From NCBI GenBank assembly GCA_017442185.1, contig JAFSAT010000046.1:9405-73404 (forward strand): DNA of 64,000 nucleotides, given 5' to 3'. Below are positions 25,853 through 33,767 of the stretch, one piece after another. The notes below the pieces were generated by a model that was not told where the DNA came from, did no database searches, and saw only the letters and a program-made list of their open reading frames with translations. The stretch is from Bacteroidaceae bacterium (GTDB lineage Bacteria; Bacteroidota; Bacteroidia; Bacteroidales; Bacteroidaceae). The stretch's first letter is position 1. Every line of letters begins with the position of its first letter. A program made the translations under genes and the position numbers.

Positions 25853-26983
25853 ATGGAAAAGGCTAAAGTCTATTTTACAGATTTCCGCACCAAGGCCAAC
25901 GGTGACGGACTGCCCACCAAACTCAAAAAATTGATGAGAAAGGCGGGAATAGGAGATATTGACATGGAGGGGAAATTTGTAGCCATAAAACTACATTTCG
26001 GAGAATTGGGAAACATCAGTTATCTGCGTCCCAACTATGCGCGTGCTGTGGCGGATGTGGTGAAGGAACTTGGCGGCAAGCCCTTTCTGACCGATTGCAA
26101 CACAATGTATCCCGGCAGTCGAAAGAACGCCATCGAGCACCTGTATTGTGCATGGGAGAATGGTTTTACACCACTCACTGTCGGTTGTCCAATAATCATT
26201 GGCGACGGACTGAAAGGAACAGATGACATTGAGGTTCCGGTAGAAAATGGCGAATATGTACAGAATGCAAAAATAGGACGTGCCATAATGGATGCCGATA
26301 TTTTCATAAGCCTCACACACTTTAAAGGGCACGAAATGACGGGCTTCGGAGGTGCAATAAAAAACATAGGCATGGGGTGTGGTTCGCGTGCAGGAAAAAC
26401 CGAGCAACACATAAGCGGACAACCACAGATTGACCCCGAGCTGTGTCGCGGATGCCGCAAATGCTTGGCTCAATGCGCCAACAACGGCCTTGTGTTCGAC
26501 AATGAGACACACAAAATGTCGGTCGATAAAAGCAACTGCGTGGGCTGCGGACGCTGTCTGGGTGCATGCAATTTCGACGCAATAAATTTTGAAGATTTCC
26601 ATGCACCTCAATTGCTCAATCGCAAAATGGCCGAATATGCAAAAGCCGTTGTTGCCGGACGTCCGCAATTCCACATATCGTTGGTGGTGGATGTGTCGCC
26701 TAACTGCGACTGTCACTGCGAGAATGATGCTCCAATACTTCCAAACATAGGAATGTTTGTATCTGACGACGCATTGGCTCTTGACCAAGCATGTGTCGAC
26801 GCATGCCTTGCAGCAACACCCATGCCCGGCAGTCAGCTGCACGAAAGGATGCACGCTCACGGTTTCTGCGACAAACACGACCACTTTACAAATTCCACCC
26901 CCGAGTCGGAATGGAAATCGTGCCTTGAACATGCAGAAAAAATAGGACTTGGCACAAGAGAATATGAACTGATAAGAATGTGA
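25853..26983 (+). CDS. DUF362 domain protein with an inserted 2x[4Fe-4S] ferredoxin module
   Basis: 376 aa. The N-terminal KVYFTDFR...VAIKLHFGE...FLTDCNT block is typical of DUF362. There are two CxxCxxCxxxC motifs (CRGCRKCLAQC, CVGCGRCLGAC). The stop overlaps the next gene's ATG (TGATG). Confidence 0.85.
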   Translation: MEKAKVYFTDFRTKANGDGLPTKLKKLMRKAGIGDIDMEGKFVAIKLHFGELGNISYLRPNYARAVADVVKELGGKPFLTDCNTMYPGSRKNAIEHLYCAWENGFTPLTVGCPIIIGDGLKGTDDIEVPVENGEYVQNAKIGRAIMDADIFISLTHFKGHEMTGFGGAIKNIGMGCGSRAGKTEQHISGQPQIDPELCRGCRKCLAQCANNGLVFDNETHKMSVDKSNCVGCGRCLGACNFDAINFEDFHAPQLLNRKMAEYAKAVVAGRPQFHISLVVDVSPNCDCHCENDAPILPNIGMFVSDDALALDQACVDACLAATPMPGSQLHERMHAHGFCDKHDHFTNSTPESEWKSCLEHAEKIGLGTREYELIRM

Positions 26984-27792
26984 TGAACAAGAGGCTTATA
27001 AGAAAGATAGAAAGTGAAGAGCTCAAGAAAATACAACTTGAGATACTATGCGATGTGGCCACATTCTGCGAAGAAAACGGCATACGCTACTTTCTCGCCT
27101 ACGGCACACTGCTTGGGGCTGTGCGACACAAAGGATATATCCCATGGGACGATGACATAGACATACATATTCCACGTGCCGACTACGAGCGGTTCATTAA
27201 ACTGTATAACAAGAAAGACGACAAGCCTTTCAAAGTAATCACACACGAAAGTGACAGACGCTACAATGTTCCTTTCGCCAAAGTACAGCACACAGGAACC
27301 ACTCTTCATGAGTTTCTTTATAAGAACCCCGGTACATTCGGCGTTTACATCGACCTATTCCCTTTAGACGGCATTAAAAGTCCCATACAAGCCACAATAT
27401 GCGGGCAGTGCATACGATTTATGTACGTAAAAAGCTCACGCTTCTTCAAAGGTCAGAGTATCATGCGCAAGTTGCGACTCATAGTCACCAAAACCATACT
27501 GCTCCCATTCTCGCGCCACTTTATATTAAAAGCCATGCAGCGCATTGCCACATACTGCAATTACGATGAATGCGAAAAGGTGTGCAGCTTCGGGTCGAGA
27601 ACCTGTGCACGCGAAATTCTTCCACGCGACACATTCGACAGTTACATAATGCTCCCCTTCGAGGGAGGCAGCTATCGAGTACCCAAAAACTACGACGCAT
27701 ACCTTAGAGCAAAATATGGCGATTATATGACCCTCCCCCCCGAGGAGCAGCGCATATCTACACACGACTCGCAAGCATATTGGCTCGGCTGA
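26983..27792 (+). CDS. LicD-family phospho-alcohol (phosphocholine/ribitol-phosphate-type) transferase
   Basis: About 269 aa. Hallmark motif YFLAYGTLLGAVRHKGYIPWDDDIDI. I prefer the ATG at 26983 to the listed GTG at 26980. Confidence 0.85.
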   Translation: MNKRLIRKIESEELKKIQLEILCDVATFCEENGIRYFLAYGTLLGAVRHKGYIPWDDDIDIHIPRADYERFIKLYNKKDDKPFKVITHESDRRYNVPFAKVQHTGTTLHEFLYKNPGTFGVYIDLFPLDGIKSPIQATICGQCIRFMYVKSSRFFKGQSIMRKLRLIVTKTILLPFSRHFILKAMQRIATYCNYDECEKVCSFGSRTCAREILPRDTFDSYIMLPFEGGSYRVPKNYDAYLRAKYGDYMTLPPEEQRISTHDSQAYWLG

Positions 27793-27837
27793 CACCCCAT
27801 ATACAAACAGCACCTCCGGCACTCATACATAATTCAG

Positions 27838-29190
27838 ATGAAAAAGAATAAAACAGTTATAACATACGGTACATACGACCTGCTGCATCAAGGACACATA
27901 AATCTGTTGCGCAGAGCAAAAGAGCTTGGCGATTACCTTATAGTTGGAGTAACAAACGACAATTTCGACCGCGAGCGCGGCAAACTGAACGTATTTAACA
28001 ATGTGCTTGAGAGGGTCGAAGCGGTGCGTGCCACAGGCCTTGCCGATAAAATAATAATAGAAGACTACTTCGGACAAAAAATAGATGACATTCAAAAATA
28101 TGGTGCCGATATATTTGCAATAGGCTCCGATTGGGAGGGTAAATTCGACTACCTGAATGAATATTGCCAAGTGGTGTATCTGCCACGCACCGAAGGAATA
28201 TCATCGACACAAATACGCAGCAACAGCCGACGTCCGGTGCGTGTGGGCATTGTAGGTTGCGGACGCATAGCCACGCGATTCATCCTGGAGGCATCTTTCG
28301 TCAGCGGAATTGAAATAACAGGAGCATTCGACACCGATTCACAAAATCTCGACAAATATACCCGCAGATTCGGAATAACACCATTCGCCTCGTTTGCCGA
28401 CCTTATACAAGCATCCGATGCAATATATGTAGCAACCCCTCATCTGAGCCACCACCTATATATAAAAGAGGCACTTACGGCCGGCAAGCACGTACTGTGC
28501 GAAACACCCATGGTACTCAACGGAGACGATGCCGAAGAGCTATACGAACTTGCACTCAAAAAGGACAAAGTGCTGATGGAAGCAAACAAGACAGCACACT
28601 GCCCCGCTTTCAATCACCTGATGGTAATGATAAAGAGCGGAGCCATAGGAGAGGTTGTAGACGTAGAGGCATCACTCTCTAAACTGCTTGCCGATAAAAC
28701 CCTGCGTGAGTTCGATGCTTCACAGGCAGGCGGCTCGATGTACGAGCTTGCATCATATCCGCTGTTACCTATAATAAAACTATTGGGAACAAATTACAAA
28801 CGCCTTAATATATACTCAAAAATGGAAAACGGAGTAGACATCTACACAAAAGGCGTGATGATATATCCCACCGCAATATGCTCATTCAAATTAGGATTAG
28901 GTGTAAAAACCGAAGGCAATCTTGTTATCTCGGGGACAAAAGGATATGCCTATGTAGAAGCACCTTGGTGGAAAACCGATTATTTTGAATTACGCTACGA
29001 AGACATCAACCAAAATAAAAAATACTTCTATAAATGGGACGGCGATGGTCTCAGATACGAAATACAAGAGTGGATATCGTGCATATTCAACAACCGTCAC
29101 GAAAGCTCGCGTTTCAAAGCCAAAGAGAGCATTGCAACAGCCCGCATAATGCAACAATTCACCGAGCGTAAAAACCACACAGAAATATGA
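27838..29190 (+). CDS. Bifunctional fusion: TagD/CCT-type cytidylyltransferase (N-terminus) + Gfo/Idh/MocA-family oxidoreductase (C-terminus)
   Basis: 450 aa. The N-terminal TYGTYDLLHQGHINLL (HxGH) and RTEGISSTQIR motifs belong to the cytidylyltransferase family. From about aa 140, VRVGIVGCGRIATRF marks a Rossmann fold, and the Gfo/Idh/MocA-like remainder follows. Confidence 0.85.
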   Translation: MKKNKTVITYGTYDLLHQGHINLLRRAKELGDYLIVGVTNDNFDRERGKLNVFNNVLERVEAVRATGLADKIIIEDYFGQKIDDIQKYGADIFAIGSDWEGKFDYLNEYCQVVYLPRTEGISSTQIRSNSRRPVRVGIVGCGRIATRFILEASFVSGIEITGAFDTDSQNLDKYTRRFGITPFASFADLIQASDAIYVATPHLSHHLYIKEALTAGKHVLCETPMVLNGDDAEELYELALKKDKVLMEANKTAHCPAFNHLMVMIKSGAIGEVVDVEASLSKLLADKTLREFDASQAGGSMYELASYPLLPIIKLLGTNYKRLNIYSKMENGVDIYTKGVMIYPTAICSFKLGLGVKTEGNLVISGTKGYAYVEAPWWKTDYFELRYEDINQNKKYFYKWDGDGLRYEIQEWISCIFNNRHESSRFKAKESIATARIMQQFTERKNHTEI

Positions 29191-29906
29191 AAAATGCAAT
29201 AGTGACAGGAGGCACAAAAGGCATCGGCCTTGCAGTGGCACGAATGCTTCTGGAAAAAGGCTACAACGTAACTCTGACATACTCAGGTGACGAAAAAGCC
29301 GCCGAAGCCTGCAAAGAAAAACTTGCAGCAATATCACCACACTTTGAAGTAATAAAAGCCAACCAGAGCGATAAGAGCCGGATGCGTTCACTTGTACAAC
29401 ATCTGCACAGTAAAGGACACATCGACTGCATAGTATGCAACACCGGAATCACACTGCGCAAATCCTTTTCGGAGATTAGCGACGAAGAGTGGGAACACAC
29501 CATGCACACAAATGTAAACAGCAATGTATATTTGATAAGAGACCTATTCGACATAATTCCCCAACAATCGCGCATCATATTCATAGGCTCGTTAATGGGC
29601 ATACATCCGCACGGAACCTCGTTGGCCTACGGTGTCACAAAAGCCGCGATACATGCACTTGCACTCAACCTTGTCAAATGTTTTGAAGACACAGGCACTA
29701 CGGTGAACGCCATTGCCCCCGGTTTTGTTGAAACCGATTGGCACACCACAAAACCCAAAGAGATTAGAGAAAACATCTATGCCAAAAGCGCCATTAAACG
29801 CTTTGCCACCACCGATGAGATAGCCGATGCCGTCCGCTTCTGCATAGACAATCCATTTGTTAACGGCTCGATAATAGAGATAAGTGGCGGATACAGTTTC
29901 AAATAA
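29187..29906 (+). CDS. Short-chain dehydrogenase/reductase (SDR)
   Basis: 239 aa. Motifs TGGTKGIG, NTG, YGVTK (YxxxK) and APGFVETD. The ATGA start/stop overlaps the preceding gene. Confidence 0.9.
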   Translation: MKNAIVTGGTKGIGLAVARMLLEKGYNVTLTYSGDEKAAEACKEKLAAISPHFEVIKANQSDKSRMRSLVQHLHSKGHIDCIVCNTGITLRKSFSEISDEEWEHTMHTNVNSNVYLIRDLFDIIPQQSRIIFIGSLMGIHPHGTSLAYGVTKAAIHALALNLVKCFEDTGTTVNAIAPGFVETDWHTTKPKEIRENIYAKSAIKRFATTDEIADAVRFCIDNPFVNGSIIEISGGYSFK

Positions 29907-29941
29907 AAGTTCAAAATATTGCCTATAAGAAAAAAAAGCAT

Positions 29942-29949
29942 TACCTTTG
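29942..29949 (+). promoter_or_regulatory. -7 box (TACCTTTG) for rpsP
   Basis: Exact TAnnTTTG 61 nt upstream of the rpsP ATG. Confidence 0.45.
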
Positions 29950-30009
29950 CGCCGCTGATACGAGATATCAGCTGACTCAAATCATTAACCATTAAAATTA
30001 AACTAAAAA

Positions 30010-30558
30010 ATGGCAACAAAAATCCGTTTACAGAGAAGAGGCCGCAAACACTATGCTTTCTACTCTATTGTGATTGCTGATTCGAGAGCACCACGCGATG
30101 GTAAGTTCGTTGAGAAAATCGGTACCTACAACCCCAACACAAATCCCGCATCAGTAGAGCTCAATTTCGAGCGTGCACTTTATTGGGTGAATGTTGGTGC
30201 AATACCCACCGATACAACACGCAACATCCTTTCTCGCGAGGGCGTTTATCTTATGAAACACCTACAAGGTGGAGTTAAGAAAGGCGCATTCGACGAGGCT
30301 GCCGCACAAGCAAAATTCGATGCTTGGAAGGCTGAAAGAACAGCTGCGCTCAACGGTGTAAAGAGCAAGAACGAGCAGGCTCAGCGCGATGACAAAAAAG
30401 CACGTCTCGAAGCTGAGAAAGAGGTAAATGCCGCAATAGCCAAGAAGGTAGCAGAGAAAAAGGCTGCAGAGGCACTTGCAAAAGCAGAGGCAGAGGCTGC
30501 CGCAGCTGCCGAGAATGCTGAAACAACAGAAGCCGCAGAGGCTCCCGCAGAGGCATAA
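30010..30558 (+). CDS. rpsP: 30S ribosomal protein S16 with an Ala/Glu/Lys-rich C-terminal extension
   Basis: The N-terminus [42 protein letters not shown] is canonical S16. At 182 aa it carries a low-complexity tail. Confidence 0.95.
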   Translation: MATKIRLQRRGRKHYAFYSIVIADSRAPRDGKFVEKIGTYNPNTNPASVELNFERALYWVNVGAIPTDTTRNILSREGVYLMKHLQGGVKKGAFDEAAAQAKFDAWKAERTAALNGVKSKNEQAQRDDKKARLEAEKEVNAAIAKKVAEKKAAEALAKAEAEAAAAAENAETTEAAEAPAEA

Positions 30559-30581
30559 ACCAAAGCATTACCGGTTCAAAC

Positions 30582-30624
30582 AAATGGGCTGTGTCAAAAA
30601 AACATTTTTTGACACAGCCCATTT
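30582..30624 (+). terminator. rpsP terminator (long near-perfect palindrome)
   Basis: aaatgggctgtgtcaaaaaa-ca-ttttttgacacagcccattt. Confidence 0.7.
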
Positions 30625-30703
30625 TAAATATATGAAGACCAAGATATAAAACAAATTAACTATGTTTTTATCCAACTCATTTTGTCAATATACAGAAAAG
30701 AGG

Positions 30704-30711
30704 TAATTTTG
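30704..30711 (+). promoter_or_regulatory. -7 box (TAATTTTG) upstream of the 30738 motif copy and the S41 gene
   Basis: Exact TAnnTTTG. It lies 334 nt upstream of the 31045 ATG, so it implies either a long leader or a separate small transcript. Confidence 0.3.
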
Positions 30712-30731
30712 CAACTACGAAACAGTTTTTT

Positions 30732-30751
30732 TAGAAGCTGTTTAAATTTAT
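30732..30751 (+). repeat. Copy C of the motif; left arm of a 14-bp perfect inverted repeat
   Basis: The sequence is tagaagctgtttaaatttat. ctgtttaaatttat (30738-30751) is the exact reverse complement of 30909-30922. Confidence 0.65.
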
Positions 30752-30908
30752 GTCCATTGGATTTTTATAGCTCCTTTTTAGACTGTTTTTTCATTTTTTA
30801 AGGGCGCATAGCAAGCTATGTAACCGCAAAAAAGGGGAAACGGGCAAAAAAGAGCATAAAAAGGCAAGTAAAATAGGCTTATACATAAATATAAACATAA
30901 AATTTGAA

Positions 30909-30922
30909 ATAAATTTAAACAG
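30909..30922 (-). repeat. Copy E of the motif; right arm of the inverted repeat
   Basis: The plus strand reads ataaatttaaacag. The spacer to the left arm is 157 bp. Confidence 0.65.
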
Positions 30923-31044
30923 ATTTTTAATCAGAATATCCTTAAAACAGCCAACAACCGATGGCATTATCTGATATAAACAAATAAGCAACTTCGGCAA
31001 CAACGAATCTATAAAAAACAGTTTCAAAAGAAAAACAGAGCAAA

Positions 31045-32343
31045 ATGAAAATAATAAAACAGCTAATATCATGCGCTATCGTTGCACTCTTATCAATATC
31101 GTGCGGCGAAGACAGAACGTATCAATACTTAGAATTGACAAAAGAGAACCAATGGATATACTCGACAATGAAGAGTAACTATCTGTGGGCCGACTCCATA
31201 AAAGAACCAAGCAGAAACGATTTCTTCTCAAAAAACAGAGACTTCTTCAACAAACTACTGACAAAAGAGGACAAGACATCATATTTCAGCGACTCGGCAC
31301 TGCTCACAAGCTACGGAATGAGCTTTGCAATAATGCGCGACCCGCTTGGAATTAAACCCAGCGACACATACGCCTTAGTACTCTTTGTAGAGCCACACTC
31401 ACCGGCCGACAACGCAGGAGTGAAGCGCGGAACATGGATTTCCCAAGTAGGAAAAAACACCATAACCACAAACAACTACGGCTATTTGGAACGAGGCGGC
31501 TCCACCACATTGCACACCAAGAGAATAATAACACAAGAGGAAGCACCATATTACTGTTGGGCAGATGGCGACACACTCACCATGAAACAGGCTACGATAC
31601 TCAACAGCAGCGCACTATATATGGATACAATATACAACCTGCGCAACCACAAAATAGGGTATATTGTATACAACCGCTTCGACCAAAAAAATTCGGCAGA
31701 CGAAACAATTACCGCACTTCAACGCATGCACAGTCAAGGTATAACAGACCTCATAATAGACCTGCGATACAACAGCGGCGGCTCGCTTGAAACAGCAACA
31801 AAAATAGCAAGCACGTTAGTTCCACCAACAGCAACAGGCAAAATATTCTGTAAGCTCGAAGGAAACAAAGAAAACAGCAAAACATACACATACGAAGAGA
31901 CATCGCAACACTTGGAAACAAGAACAACATACCTGCTCACTACAAAAGCAACACGCGGCGCAGCAGAAGCCTTTGCGGCAGCACTGCAAAATACAATCGG
32001 AAACGATAAAGTGATAATAGTAGGAGAGAACACTGCAGGCGACAATCTATATACACAAACAATAGAATCGCCATACAACTTCAACATAAGCCCCGCCACA
32101 GGCAATCTTTACACCGCCAGCGGAAACACATTGCCAAACAACGGATTACACACAAATTACACATTGAACGAACTTGCATACTTCTATAAAATCTACGAGA
32201 TAGGAGAAGAACAAGAGTACATGCTATATAACACAATGTACCTTATAACATACGGTACACTGCCTCAGAACAGCAACAGACACAACATAAATAATCCAAT
32301 AAAAAAACATCACATAGAACAAGGAAAAAGCATCCTGCAATAA
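31045..32343 (+). CDS. S41 (C-terminal processing peptidase) family lipoprotein, probably catalytically inactive
   Basis: 432 aa. Lipoprotein signal LLSISCGED. PDZ-like region PADNAGVKRGTWISQV. S41 signature DLRYNSGGS. The catalytic-dyad positions read TRGAAE and TAGDN instead of (G)SASASE and TFGKG. Confidence 0.8.
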   Translation: MKIIKQLISCAIVALLSISCGEDRTYQYLELTKENQWIYSTMKSNYLWADSIKEPSRNDFFSKNRDFFNKLLTKEDKTSYFSDSALLTSYGMSFAIMRDPLGIKPSDTYALVLFVEPHSPADNAGVKRGTWISQVGKNTITTNNYGYLERGGSTTLHTKRIITQEEAPYYCWADGDTLTMKQATILNSSALYMDTIYNLRNHKIGYIVYNRFDQKNSADETITALQRMHSQGITDLIIDLRYNSGGSLETATKIASTLVPPTATGKIFCKLEGNKENSKTYTYEETSQHLETRTTYLLTTKATRGAAEAFAAALQNTIGNDKVIIVGENTAGDNLYTQTIESPYNFNISPATGNLYTASGNTLPNNGLHTNYTLNELAYFYKIYEIGEEQEYMLYNTMYLITYGTLPQNSNRHNINNPIKKHHIEQGKSILQ

Positions 32344-32412
32344 ACAGGAGAAATAATCCACCTATTTTACATTAGTCTACAACACCCTGTAACACAGGTG
32401 TTCATACACATA

Positions 32413-32460
32413 ATATGCGGCCGAGTCAGATTTTTTTGACACAGCCGCATAACCTTTTTT
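32413..32460 (+). terminator. Imperfect stem-loop plus T-run after the S41 gene
   Basis: tatgcggc...gccgcata outer stem with imperfect inner pairing, followed by acctttttt. Confidence 0.4.
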
Positions 32461-32565
32461 AAATATCTTCAGAAAACCCGTTGATGCGTAAATGTGTTAT
32501 AATGCCAAAGAATCCGTAATAAATATTTAAAGCGATTCCATTATAACCATAAAACATTAAACGGA

Positions 32566-33069
32566 ATGAAAAAAATTGTATTATCGGCAGCCATTGCTGC
32601 AACAATGCTGACATTCACAGCATGTAACTCCTGCGGAGAAAAGAGGCAACCCGCACTATTAGTTGAAGCCGAGGTCGACAGCCTTTACATGGTAAATGAT
32701 ACCACAATGGCCGACAAACAAACATTCATCTTCGAGGGATTGATGCCTATGGAGAATGGAAAGCCCGGCAACGTACTTCTCGCAATAGAGAGCATCAGTC
32801 TTAACGATGATGGCACATACACCGTCAGCACCACTTACATTGACGAGAATGCCAACCCTGTTACCAAGAACGACAGCGGAGAAACAGTTGTCATGGTAGG
32901 AATACCCAACGACAGCACCGCCATTGTGTATGAATTTATATCGGACAATAATAATTCCAAGACACATATGCAAATGAACAGCGACAGTTCATTTACACGC
33001 TTGGGCAAAGACATGAAGCCTGTGAGCAAAAATCCGGCACATCGCCTGATACACAAGAAAACTAAATAA
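32566..33069 (+). CDS. Hypothetical lipoprotein (possibly NlpE-N-like fold)
   Basis: 167 aa. Signal plus lipobox AATMLTFTACNS. The FEGLMPMENGKPGNVLLAIESISLNDDGTYTV pattern loosely resembles NlpE N-terminal domains. The domain call is low confidence. Confidence 0.6.
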   Translation: MKKIVLSAAIAATMLTFTACNSCGEKRQPALLVEAEVDSLYMVNDTTMADKQTFIFEGLMPMENGKPGNVLLAIESISLNDDGTYTVSTTYIDENANPVTKNDSGETVVMVGIPNDSTAIVYEFISDNNNSKTHMQMNSDSSFTRLGKDMKPVSKNPAHRLIHKKTK

Positions 33070-33114
33070 TGATATATAATAAGGACAATCAATAACCAAT
33101 AAAAAACAAGCCTT

Positions 33115-33738
33115 ATGAAAAAGATTTTTATCCTGAGCATCATTGCGGTATCACTCATCGGTATCGTCTCTTGCGAGAAAGACCCGGATACCGACAAGTT
33201 AGACAATGACTACCTTGTGTATACCAACTACGACAAGGGTACAGATTTTGCATCCATGCAGAGTTTTCATGTAATTGACAGCATTCTTATCATCAGCGAC
33301 CAAGCCAAGCCTGCCTACTGGAACAACAACAATTCACAAACTATCATTGAGGCATACGCCGGCAATCTTGAAAAGAGGGGTTACACCCGGGTTGACAGTA
33401 ACGAAGAGGCAGACATGGTGCTGCAATTAAGTTACATCAGCAACACCTATTATTTCAACAACTATGGCCCCGGCCCTTGGTGGAACAGCTATCCCGGCTA
33501 TTGGAATTGGGGCGGATGGGGTTGGTATTATCCCTATTCATTCGTTTACAGTTACAGCACAGGTTCAATTGTGGGAGAGATTGTGAACACCACTCCATCG
33601 GACGCAGAGAAAGGTAAGCTCACCGTTATATGGAATTCTTATATATGCGGTCTTCTGAACGGTAACACTCTCAGCCTGTCGAGGACACTGAACGCCATCA
33701 ATCAGGCTTTTGAACAATCGCCATACATTAACAGATAA
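33115..33738 (+). CDS. DUF4136-like lipoprotein with a Trp/Gly/Tyr-rich segment
   Basis: 207 aa. Lipobox LIGIVSCEKD. Aromatic-Gly low-complexity stretch GPGPWWNSYPGYWNWGGWGWYYPY. Confidence 0.65.
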   Translation: MKKIFILSIIAVSLIGIVSCEKDPDTDKLDNDYLVYTNYDKGTDFASMQSFHVIDSILIISDQAKPAYWNNNNSQTIIEAYAGNLEKRGYTRVDSNEEADMVLQLSYISNTYYFNNYGPGPWWNSYPGYWNWGGWGWYYPYSFVYSYSTGSIVGEIVNTTPSDAEKGKLTVIWNSYICGLLNGNTLSLSRTLNAINQAFEQSPYINR

Positions 33739-33767
33739 TGATTGTATAACCATAAAACAATGATATT

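Noticed and set aside
25991-26932. 313-aa ORF antisense to the DUF362 gene. Similar long antisense ORFs occur at 21543-22397 (284 aa), 49434-50270 (278 aa), 738-1367, 2564-3340, 60737-61315 and elsewhere.
   Set aside because: These are shadow ORFs fully embedded opposite well-supported genes. Their composition is low-complexity or Cys/His/Arg-rich, and they have no recognisable domains.
30310-30558. Ala/Glu/Lys-rich tail of S16 and the Ser/Lys/Arg/Asn-rich tail of the DEAD-box helicase (about 46130-46377), considered as possible novel domains.
   Set aside because: Low-complexity charged extensions on S16 and on DEAD-box helicases are common, and for S16 typical in Bacteroidota. Nothing suggests a separate function.
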